Below, piece by piece: positions 1 to 7,275 of a DNA stretch of 64,000 bases; position 1 is the first letter of the stretch, and every line of letters begins with the position of its first letter. The DNA is from an uncultured Pelagibacteraceae bacterium. Lineage in GTDB: Bacteria; Pseudomonadota; Alphaproteobacteria; Pelagibacterales; Pelagibacteraceae. The DNA is taken from assembly GCA_902569415.1 (NCBI GenBank), contig CACFUH010000001.1, positions 5,414 to 69,413 of the forward strand. The letters are read 5' to 3'. Under the pieces are notes generated by a model that had not been told where the DNA came from, made no database searches, and saw nothing but the letters and a program-made list of their open reading frames with translations. A program made the translations under genes and the position numbers.

Positions 1-493
1 CTTGTGTCATATCAGCTGTTACGACATTACCGGCTATAATGGTTTTTGTTGGGTACTTATCTCTCACAGATTTAATAAAACTTGTAAAATGTTCTGAATA
101 ACCATTTGCAACATCTACGCAAATAAATTTTATAAATGAAAATTCTTTTAATGTTTTATCTAATCTTTCATAATCTTCTTTTTTTATTCCAATGCTTAGA
201 GATATGTTTTTATATATTGACTTTAATTTTTTATACTTTTTTAATTTACTAACATCATGTTGCTTTGTTAAACATGTAATCATACCAAAATCTGATAAGG
301 TTTCTGCAACTTCTAACTCACCAACACCATCCATATTAGCAGCCATTACTGGAATTCCTGACCATTCATTTTTGCTATATTTGAATTTATAAGTCCTTTT
401 TAAATCTACATCTTTACGACTTGATAAAGTGCTTCTTTTTGGTCTAAATAAAACATCTGAATAATCAAGTTTTAATTCTTCTTCAATTCTCAT
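1..493 (-). CDS. guaC: GMP reductase (5' part; runs off the window edge)
   Basis: Manual translation from ATG at 493: MRIEEELKLDYSDVLFRPKRSTLSSRKDV...WSGIPVMAANMDGVG, the GuaC N-terminus. Missing from the ORF track because it is truncated. Confidence 0.93.
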   Translation of the reverse strand, partial: MRIEEELKLDYSDVLFRPKRSTLSSRKDVDLKRTYKFKYSKNEWSGIPVMAANMDGVGELEVAETLSDFGMITCLTKQHDVSKLKKYKKLKSIYKNISLSIGIKKEDYERLDKTLKEFSFIKFICVDVANGYSEHFTSFIKSVRDKYPTKTIIAGNVVTADMTQ

Positions 494-554
494 CGATGCT
501 GAAACTACCCTTGAAAAACATTATTTCAATTGAATTCTAGCTTGTGGATAAGTA

Positions 555-582
555 TTGAAACAAAATATAAAACTATTATAAA
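555..582 (+). promoter_or_regulatory. Putative sigma70 promoter of the native tRNA-Met locus
   Basis: TTGAAA-N16-TATAAA; the -35 starts 44 nt upstream of the tRNA fragment at 599. Confidence 0.55.
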
Positions 583-598
583 TCAACAGAAATCTAAT

Positions 599-654
599 GG
601 CGGGGTAGCTCAGTTGGTTAGAGCGCGGGACTCATAAGCCCGAGGTCAGTGGTT
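599..654 (+). repeat. 5' fragment (nt 1-56) of tRNA-Met(CAT); direct repeat of 2611-2666; putative att site
   Basis: GGCGGGGTAGCTCAG...GAGGTCAGTGGTT is identical to the first 56 nt of the intact tRNA and diverges in the T-loop (AGTTAT vs CGATCC). No 3' acceptor strand or CCA. Confidence 0.95.
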
Positions 655-695
655 AGTTATCCGCTTTCTATGTACCTTATCGCAACTTCAATCCT

Positions 696-730
696 TTCTT
701 GACACACGTGTGACACAACGAAAGGAGAAA
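696..730 (+). repeat. Left arm-like repeat block (TGACACA x2, 11-bp period)
   Basis: TTCTTGACACACGTGTGACACAACGAAAGGAGAAA matches 2517-2551 at 28/35 positions, ungapped. Confidence 0.75.
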
Positions 731-766
731 AAAAGGTGACAACGGGAAACTTAAATATTTTTTTAA

Positions 767-1135
767 CTAACTTGCTAAATCTAAAATAAGTGTACTAACT
801 CCAGAAAATACCCCTAATACAATTATTGTATAAGTAACGTATCCCCATGTGGTAGATCGTTTAGTTTTTATACGTTCAGAAATATATTTTGAAGCACTTC
901 GCCATAAACCAACATAAACATAAATTAACAATACATAAAAAAATATAGTGTAAACCCAAATAAGAATTACCATTCCATCACTAACTGAAGATATAAATTG
1001 ATCATCAATTATATAGGATGGTATAGAGTAAATCCCTAGTATCACTACTGCTACAATCCAAAAACTTTTACCAAGTGAGATTTTACCATTCCAATATGTG
1101 GAAACTATATTTTTTGTTTTTTTATTTTTTTTCAT
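767..1135 (-). CDS. Hypothetical membrane protein (about 3 TM segments)
   Basis: 122-aa ORF with hydrophobic segments; motifs YWNGKISLGKSFW and VGLWRSASKY. Confidence 0.75.
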   Translation of the reverse strand: MKKNKKTKNIVSTYWNGKISLGKSFWIVAVVILGIYSIPSYIIDDQFISSVSDGMVILIWVYTIFFYVLLIYVYVGLWRSASKYISERIKTKRSTTWGYVTYTIIVLGVFSGVSTLILDLAS

Positions 1136-1289
1136 TTATATTTCTAAAATTAACTATGTTTTTTCCATTTATTCTACTAAAAAAAACTCCCTTGCTATCA
1201 CATTCTCTCCATTTGCCATAAAATGATCTATAACGTTTTCCCTCAACTTTAAATATTAGTGGATAATCTTTTTTATAAGTGTTTTTCAT
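1122..1289 (-). CDS. Small basic hypothetical protein (55 aa)
   Basis: Manual translation MKNTYKKDYPLIFKVEGKRYRSFYGKWRECDSKGVFFSRINGKNIVNFRNINEKK. Its ATG directly follows the upstream stop (1290-1292) and its end overlaps the next start. Confidence 0.5.
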   Translation of the reverse strand: MKNTYKKDYPLIFKVEGKRYRSFYGKWRECDSKGVFFSRINGKNIVNFRNINEKK

Positions 1290-1757
1290 TTAATATAATT
1301 TTTTAAGTAAATTTCTAATTCCTGAATTAGATTTTTTGTTTGTTTTATTCTTATTTTTATCTGGCAAAATACATTTTGATTTACTTGTATATCGAGTATC
1401 ATCAATAAATGATATGACCATAAAGAATTCATTTGTAATTAAATTTATATCAATTTTTGTTTCACCTATAAATTTATTTAACTCATTGTCCCAATGTTTA
1501 TGTGTTGTAGTAACTGTTTCATCATCGTAATGAATGATCTGATGGATCCGATTATGCAGTTTAACAGTGCCTGTACTAAAATTGATTGATAAATTATATG
1601 CATTGTCTCCGTAATATTTTTTCATTTCTTCTTTTGCTAAATCTGTTCTTCCATCTAATTCTACCATTCGACATCCATTTAATTTAACTATTTCTGCTTT
1701 GAGGTGTGTATTAGATAGGAACAAAGTTACCAAAATTAAAAAAGTAAATAATTTCAT
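1290..1757 (-). CDS. Hypothetical exported protein (155 aa)
   Basis: Start reassigned to ATG 1757 (MKLFTFLILVTLFLSNTHLKA, signal-peptide-like). The mature part has two Cys, one near each end of the globular region. Confidence 0.7.
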   Translation of the reverse strand: MKLFTFLILVTLFLSNTHLKAEIVKLNGCRMVELDGRTDLAKEEMKKYYGDNAYNLSINFSTGTVKLHNRIHQIIHYDDETVTTTHKHWDNELNKFIGETKIDINLITNEFFMVISFIDDTRYTSKSKCILPDKNKNKTNKKSNSGIRNLLKKLY

Positions 1758-1762
1758 AATTT

Positions 1763-1933
1763 TTATAACGACACTACAATTAGTAAAATTATTGTAAGCC
1801 AAAAAAACCATTGTATCACTAAGTCTGAGAATGATCTCGTTGTTTTTGAACTATTTTTCCATTGACCAATAAGATCTATGGTTAAAAAAATCATAATTGC
1901 AGAACCTACAACAGCAGCAATAGTTTGAATCAT
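1763..1933 (-). CDS. Small 2-TM hypothetical protein (56 aa)
   Basis: Manual translation MIQTIAAVVGSAIMIFLTIDLIGQWKNSSKTTRSFSDLVIQWFFWLTIILLIVVSL; 2-nt and 5-nt gaps to its neighbours. Confidence 0.55.
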   Translation of the reverse strand: MIQTIAAVVGSAIMIFLTIDLIGQWKNSSKTTRSFSDLVIQWFFWLTIILLIVVSL

Positions 1934-1935
1934 TT

Positions 1936-2115
1936 TTAGTGCAAAACCCTATTTAAAATATTAACAGTGATATAACGATGATTATCATCCTGAGTTATAT
2001 CTACTTCTATTTCATCATCAAGGTCACCTATAAGAGCTTCAACTATACTATATACGAATTTGTCTAATTCTTCATTAGTTGCATAATAATCAAATGTTTT
2101 TTTATAGGTTATCAC
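1936..2115 (-). CDS. Small acidic hypothetical protein (59 aa)
   Basis: GTG start abuts the upstream TAA: MITYKKTFDYYATNEELDKFVYSIVEALIGDLDDEIEVDITQDDNHRYITVNILNRVLH. Confidence 0.6.
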   Translation of the reverse strand: MITYKKTFDYYATNEELDKFVYSIVEALIGDLDDEIEVDITQDDNHRYITVNILNRVLH

Positions 2116-2469
2116 TTACAATAATTTATCTACTTTTTTACACTTATAATTTCCTGTTGATCCTTTAAAGTCATCACGATCATTATAAACTTCAAGGTTG
2201 CCTGAATATCTATTTAATATTGCATACCAGTTTATATTTTGATCAGGAATTTTAAGTATTGCATTAATTCTATCTGGAGTAACTGCAGTTATTGTCATAT
2301 ATCCTCCAAGCCAGTTATAATAAAATCTTTTCTTATTAAGATCTACTTCTACTCTTGCGTAATCTAAAATTGCTTTTGGATCTACATTTTCACATTTTAA
2401 AGATGTAGAAGCATTAACAACATTACACCACAACAAACCCAGAACCAAGATCCCTAAAAGTTTTTTCAT
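2116..2469 (-). CDS. Hypothetical exported protein (117 aa)
   Basis: Signal peptide MKKLLGILVLGLLWCNVVNA; mature domain bracketed by two Cys. TATAAT on the minus strand at 2484-2489. Confidence 0.8.
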   Translation of the reverse strand: MKKLLGILVLGLLWCNVVNASTSLKCENVDPKAILDYARVEVDLNKKRFYYNWLGGYMTITAVTPDRINAILKIPDQNINWYAILNRYSGNLEVYNDRDDFKGSTGNYKCKKVDKLL

Positions 2470-2491
2470 AATTTCTAAACGTTATTATAAA

Positions 2492-2551
2492 TCTTGACTC
2501 ACTAAAAATACATATGTTCTTGACTCACATATGACACAATAAAAAGGGAAA
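2492..2551 (+). repeat. Right arm-like repeat block (TGACWCA at 2495, 2521, 2532)
   Basis: TCTTGACTCAC occurs twice, then ATATGACACAATAAAAAGGGAAA; similar to 696-730. Confidence 0.75.
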
Positions 2552-2566
2552 TTAGACAATTCTTGA

Positions 2567-2594
2567 TTGCTTAAAAAATAAAAAGTATTATATA
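2567..2594 (+). promoter_or_regulatory. Island-borne promoter for the intact tRNA-Met
   Basis: TTGCTT-N16-TATATA, with the -35 exactly 44 nt upstream of the tRNA, the same geometry as 555-582. Confidence 0.55.
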
Positions 2595-2610
2595 TCAATA
2601 CGAATTAGAT

Positions 2611-2687
2611 GGCGGGGTAGCTCAGTTGGTTAGAGCGCGGGACTCATAAGCCCGAGGTCAGTGGTTCGATCCCACTTCCCGCTACCA
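2611..2687 (+). tRNA. tRNA-Met(CAT), elongator type
   Basis: Cloverleaf: GGCGGGG/TCCCGCT acceptor stem, loop CT-CAT-AA, GGTTCGAT T-loop, ACCA end. G1 rather than the initiator C1. Confidence 0.93.
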
Positions 2688-2690
2688 AAT

Positions 2691-3395
2691 TTATCTTATA
2701 ATTTTTTTTAATTTTGCCAAATTCATAGTTTGATTTAGTGGAAAATCTAAAACTTTTTTGGCTCTAATTTTTTTGACTTTTGAATTATTTTTTTTCGCAA
2801 ATGAATAAACTGATTGCGATCTTCCACCTACATTTAAAATTCCTTTTTGTTTCAAGATTTTTGGTAACATTTTCACCAAATCATCATGAAACATAAAATT
2901 AGTTTTTAGATTTAAAAAAGCTTTTTTATGTAAAAAAGGTTTTTCAGTCATAGTAATTCTTAAGATCAAAGAATTACTATACATTGCCACTGCGCATTCT
3001 CCCCCAAGTTTTGATAGACCATAATTATTAAACGGTTTTACAGGATCACTTTCAGAGTAATTTCCTTTTACACCCTCATAAACGTAACCTGTAGAAAAAT
3101 ATACTAGTTTAATATTATACTTTTTGCATATTTTGGTAATATTAGCTGTTCCAATAATATTTAAATCAATACTTTTTGAAATATTTTTTTTATGTAAATT
3201 CATAGGTCTAGATAGACCTGCAGTATGCATAATTATTTTAGGTTTTACTTTTTTTATACAATTTTCGATTGATTTTAAATTCATAATATTTAATTCTTTT
3301 TTTGATTTAAAAATTAAATTTAAAAATTTATTTTCTTTTTTCAAAACTTTTGAAAAACGACCATCACCCCCAGTAACTAAAATTTTTTGATTCAT
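2691..3395 (-). CDS. rmlD: dTDP-4-dehydrorhamnose reductase-like protein (short RmlD)
   Basis: ILVTGGDG nucleotide-binding loop, YFST, YGLSK catalytic motif; last gene of the rml cluster. Confidence 0.75.
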   Translation of the reverse strand: MNQKILVTGGDGRFSKVLKKENKFLNLIFKSKKELNIMNLKSIENCIKKVKPKIIMHTAGLSRPMNLHKKNISKSIDLNIIGTANITKICKKYNIKLVYFSTGYVYEGVKGNYSESDPVKPFNNYGLSKLGGECAVAMYSNSLILRITMTEKPFLHKKAFLNLKTNFMFHDDLVKMLPKILKQKGILNVGGRSQSVYSFAKKNNSKVKKIRAKKVLDFPLNQTMNLAKLKKIIR

Positions 3396-3919
3396 TTTCT
3401 AAATTTTTTTTTAAATTCATTAAATGTCATATTTTTTTTATCTTTATTTGAAAGAATTGGCTTATTAATAGGCCATTTAATATTTAGTTTTTTATCATTA
3501 TATCTAATACCTATTTCGCTATTTTTGTGTCTGTAGTTTGTGCAATTATAGATAATATAATTTTCTTTTTCTAAACTACAAAATCCATGAGCAAATCCCG
3601 GAGGTATATAAATCGATTTTGAGTTTTTTTCACTTAATATAATTGAAAAATATTTTCCATAAGTTTTTGATTTTTTTCTTAAGTCTAATGCAACATCGTA
3701 TATTTTACCTTTTAATACTGTTATAAATTTCCCTTGGGATTTTTTCTTTTGTAAATGCAAACCTCTGATTACATTTTTTTTAGAATAAGACATAGCAGTA
3801 AATAAAAATCTCTTTTTAATTTTATTTTCCTTAAGTAGCTCTTTAAAATAACCTCTACTGTCTTTAAAAGATTTATTTTTAATAATAATTAAATCTTTAA
3901 ATTTAGTTTTTTTAATCAT
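3392..3919 (-). CDS. rmlC: dTDP-4-dehydrorhamnose 3,5-epimerase
   Basis: DSRGYF, VIRGLHLQ, DVALDLRK, IPPGFAHGF. Confidence 0.95.
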   Translation of the reverse strand: MIKKTKFKDLIIIKNKSFKDSRGYFKELLKENKIKKRFLFTAMSYSKKNVIRGLHLQKKKSQGKFITVLKGKIYDVALDLRKKSKTYGKYFSIILSEKNSKSIYIPPGFAHGFCSLEKENYIIYNCTNYRHKNSEIGIRYNDKKLNIKWPINKPILSNKDKKNMTFNEFKKKFRK

Positions 3920-4783
3920 TTAAATTAATTTTTTTAAATATGACGAATATTCACAATTTCCATAAAATTTTATTGCTTCTTTAATTTGTTTTTTTTTGAT
4001 CCATTTGTTTAATAAAGCGATCTCTTCTAAGCATGCTATTTTAAAACCTTGTCTATTTTCAATTGCGGATACAAAATTAGTTGTTTTATAAAAATCATCA
4101 ATCGATCCTGTATCAAGCCATGCGCCACCTCTTCCTATATAATCAGCAGAAAGTTTATTAGTTTTTTTGTATTTGTTTAATAGATCAGTGATTTCTAATT
4201 CATTTCTATTTGATGGCTTTAATTTTTTTGAATATTTTACAACTTTGTTATCAAAAAAATATAAACCAGTAATAGCAAGATCTGATATAAATTTTTTAGG
4301 TTTTTCTTTTATAAAAGTAATTTTGTTATTTTTAACTTTTGCGACACCATATTTTTCTGGCTTTGAAACTCTATGTAAAAGAACTTTTGCTCCATTTTTT
4401 AATTTTACACAATCCAAGAGTTTTTTTGATAAATACTGGCCATAAAAAAAATTATCTCCAAGTATAAGTGCCACATTGCTCTTCCCTATAAATTTTTCAC
4501 CCAATATAAATGCATCGGGCAAACCTTTGGGAGTGCTTTGTTCTTTGTAATTAATTTTTATTCCTAACTTTTTTCCATCAGGTAATATTTTTTTATATTG
4601 ACTTAATTGACCTTTGTTAACAATAATTAAAATATCTTTAATTTTAGAAAGCATTAATATTGAAAGAGGATAAAATATTAATGGTTTATCATAAATTGGA
4701 AGAAGTTGTTTATTTACTGCTTTTGTTAACGGGCTCATCCTTGTACCCATTCCACCTGACAATATTATTCCTTTTTTAATCAT
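3920..4783 (-). CDS. rmlA: Glucose-1-phosphate thymidylyltransferase
   Basis: GIILSGGMGTRMSP, KQLLPIYDKP, LILGDN, ELEITD, WLDTG. Confidence 0.96.
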   Translation of the reverse strand: MIKKGIILSGGMGTRMSPLTKAVNKQLLPIYDKPLIFYPLSILMLSKIKDILIIVNKGQLSQYKKILPDGKKLGIKINYKEQSTPKGLPDAFILGEKFIGKSNVALILGDNFFYGQYLSKKLLDCVKLKNGAKVLLHRVSKPEKYGVAKVKNNKITFIKEKPKKFISDLAITGLYFFDNKVVKYSKKLKPSNRNELEITDLLNKYKKTNKLSADYIGRGGAWLDTGSIDDFYKTTNFVSAIENRQGFKIACLEEIALLNKWIKKKQIKEAIKFYGNCEYSSYLKKLI

Positions 4784-5802
4784 TTTTTTATTCCAATTCT
4801 CTTAGTGATATCTTTTTTATTTAATTTTGAATAGTAATTTTGATTTTCAAGATACCAAAGAAATGTTTTTTCTAGTCCTTTAGCAAAATTAACTTTTGGT
4901 TTCCATTTAAGTTTATTTTTTAATTTACTACTATTAATTGCATATCTCATATCATGACCAGGCCTATCTTTAACGAATTTAATTTTAACTTTTTGTCCAA
5001 GACTAATTTTTTTTTTAGCTACAGTTAATAGTTTTTTTACAACTTTCAAATTATCAATATTATAATTTGATCCGATATTATAAAATTCACCTAATTTTCC
5101 TTTTTTATAAATTTTTATTAGAGCATCACAATGATCATCAACAAAAATCCATTCTCTCGAGTTTCTTCCTTTCCCATAAATTGGTAAACTTTTATTATTT
5201 AAAATGTTGTATATTAATTTTGGGATTAATTTTTCAGGGTGTTGTCTTGGTCCATAATTATTTGAACAATTTGTAATAATTGCTGGGATTTTAAATGTTC
5301 TTACATATGAGTAAACTAAATGATCTGATGCAGCTTTAGATGCAGCGTAGGGTGAGCTTGGTTTATAAGTATCTATTTCTTTAGATCTTCCCTTAAGAAC
5401 ATCGCCATAAACTTCGTCAGTGGATATATGAATTAATTTAGTTTTTTTAAAAGAGTTAGAATATTTTTTAAAACATTCTAATAAGTTAAAAGTTCCATAG
5501 ATATTAGAATCTATAAAATTTTTTGGACTATCAATTGATCTATCAACATGTGTTTCTGCCGCAAGATTAAAAACACAATTTGGTTTGAATTTATTAAATA
5601 TATTTTTAATTTTTTTTTTATTTCTTAAATCACATTTAATAAATTTGTAATTTCTATTATTTGAAAAATTTTTAGTATTATAAAAGTTTGATGAGTAGCT
5701 TACTTTATCAACATTAATAACAATGAATTTTTGTCTAAGCAATATCTTAATTAAATTACTACCAATAAAACCAAGTCCACCGGTTACTAAAATTTTGTGC
5801 AT
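4780..5802 (-). CDS. rmlB: dTDP-glucose 4,6-dehydratase
   Basis: GGLGFIG, LAAETHVDRSI, HISTDEVYG, YAASK, DRPGHD. Confidence 0.97.
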   Translation of the reverse strand: MHKILVTGGLGFIGSNLIKILLRQKFIVINVDKVSYSSNFYNTKNFSNNRNYKFIKCDLRNKKKIKNIFNKFKPNCVFNLAAETHVDRSIDSPKNFIDSNIYGTFNLLECFKKYSNSFKKTKLIHISTDEVYGDVLKGRSKEIDTYKPSSPYAASKAASDHLVYSYVRTFKIPAIITNCSNNYGPRQHPEKLIPKLIYNILNNKSLPIYGKGRNSREWIFVDDHCDALIKIYKKGKLGEFYNIGSNYNIDNLKVVKKLLTVAKKKISLGQKVKIKFVKDRPGHDMRYAINSSKLKNKLKWKPKVNFAKGLEKTFLWYLENQNYYSKLNKKDITKRIGIKK

Positions 5803-5849
5803 TATTTTTTTTACAACAAACCTTACTTTAAGTATACTTGTTTATCTCA

Positions 5850-6710
5850 ATGGATTTAAATCTTAACAACATTACATTTATAATAGTTACCTACAAGAGT
5901 CATAACGTTATTTTTAATTGTCTCAACTCACTTCCAAGAAATTCTAATAAAATCGTAATAGAAAATTCTAAAGACATTAATTTAAAAAAAGATTTAGAGT
6001 CAAAATATGACAACATTGAGGTAATTTTAAATGAAAATATTGGTATGGGTGCTTCAAATAATATTGGTATTATAAAATCTAAAACAAAATATGCTTATAT
6101 AATAAATCCAGATGCTACCTTTAAAAGTGATACTTTTGAAAAGTTAATAAAATCTACCGAAGCAATAAATGATTTTGCTATTCTATCCCCAGTTAATAGT
6201 AATTCAAACTATCCTAATTTTAAAAATAAAATAACATCAAAATTTGATAAGGAAGATATTTTTGAAGTTGATACAATTGATGGATTTTCAATGTTGCTAA
6301 ATAAAGAAAAATTTCATAATGAAGATTTGTTTGATGAAAATATTTTTTTATATCTTGAAAATGATGATCTTTGTTTAAGAACAAAAAAAAAGAATGAGAA
6401 AATATATATTATTAATAATTCTATAATTGATCATATTGGCGCTTCATCTTCTAATTTTAATCAAAATAAAGAAATTGAATATTTAAGAAATTGGCATTGG
6501 ATGTGGTCAAAATTTTATTTTAACAAAAAACATAAAGGGTATTTGAATGCATTTTTTAAAATTTTTTTCAATTTAATTTCAGCAAAAATTAAATTTGTTT
6601 ATTATTTTTTAACCTTTAATTCACATAAAAAAAAAATCTATCAAATGAGAATTTTAGGTTTACTAAACTCTATGCTTTTAAAAAAATCTTTTTATAGATT
6701 AGAAGACTAA
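5850..6710 (+). CDS. GT2 glycosyltransferase (rhamnosyltransferase-like)
   Basis: IIVTY, NIGMGASNN, INPD, FDENIFLYLENDDLC. ATG 5850 preferred over TTG 5838. Confidence 0.85.
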   Translation: MDLNLNNITFIIVTYKSHNVIFNCLNSLPRNSNKIVIENSKDINLKKDLESKYDNIEVILNENIGMGASNNIGIIKSKTKYAYIINPDATFKSDTFEKLIKSTEAINDFAILSPVNSNSNYPNFKNKITSKFDKEDIFEVDTIDGFSMLLNKEKFHNEDLFDENIFLYLENDDLCLRTKKKNEKIYIINNSIIDHIGASSSNFNQNKEIEYLRNWHWMWSKFYFNKKHKGYLNAFFKIFFNLISAKIKFVYYFLTFNSHKKKIYQMRILGLLNSMLLKKSFYRLED

Positions 6711-7234
6711 TGTCCAGGGAACTCAATTAAGTTTTCAACTTTGTGACCTAATTTAATTAGTTTATCACAACCACCTAGATCAAAAAGATTTATAACAAAA
6801 ATAAATCCTGAAACAGATCCTTTTGATATTGTAACTAGTTTTGCAGCTGCTTCGGCTGTACCGCCTGTAGCTATTAAATCGTCAATAATTAAAACTGAAT
6901 CATTTTCTTTAATTGAATCTTTATGAACCTCTATAGTTGCAGTTCCATATTCTAATTCGAAATCGACTGAATGAGATTCTGCTGGAAGTTTGTTTTTTTT
7001 TCTTAGCAAAATAAAAGGTTTGTTTAGTATATAAGATACCGCTGATGCAAATACAAAACCTCTTGATTCAATAGCCGCTATCTTATCTACCTTAAATTTT
7101 TTAGTTCTCTCAACTATTTGATCAATACATTCTTTAAAAGCTTTTTCATTTTTAATTAATGTTGTTATGTCCCTAAAAAGAATTCCTTTTTTTGGATAAT
7201 CTTTAATTGATCTAATATAATCTTTTAAATCCAT
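6707..7234 (-). CDS. apt: Adenine phosphoribosyltransferase
   Basis: DYPKKGILFRDIT, IESRGF, LEYG, LIIDDLIATGGT. Start reassigned to ATG 7234 (MDLKDY). Confidence 0.96.
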   Translation of the reverse strand: MDLKDYIRSIKDYPKKGILFRDITTLIKNEKAFKECIDQIVERTKKFKVDKIAAIESRGFVFASAVSYILNKPFILLRKKNKLPAESHSVDFELEYGTATIEVHKDSIKENDSVLIIDDLIATGGTAEAAAKLVTISKGSVSGFIFVINLFDLGGCDKLIKLGHKVENLIEFPGH

Positions 7235-7275
7235 AATAAATTGCGATATATAAATAAATAAATTATTTTTTTGAT

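Larger units (their letters stand above)
599..2666. mobile_element. ~2 kb tRNA-Met-anchored genomic islet with no integrase gene
   Basis: Bounded by a 56-bp tRNA direct repeat, contains only hypothetical ORFs, has matching TGACWCA repeat blocks near both ends, and is flanked by core genes guaC and rmlD. Confidence 0.8.

Noticed and set aside
192-392. 66-aa + strand ORF
   Set aside because: Antisense shadow of guaC.
599-675. Second functional tRNA-Met gene
   Set aside because: Identity ends in the T-loop; the 3' T-stem strand, canonical acceptor strand and CCA are missing.
1758-1811. N-terminal extension of the 173-aa ORF
   Set aside because: The signal peptide starts at ATG 1757, and the extension overlaps a better-packed 56-aa ORF.
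599-2687. Prophage or CRISPR interpretation of the repeats
   Set aside because: No phage structural, replication or integrase genes, and no regularly spaced repeat-spacer array or cas genes.
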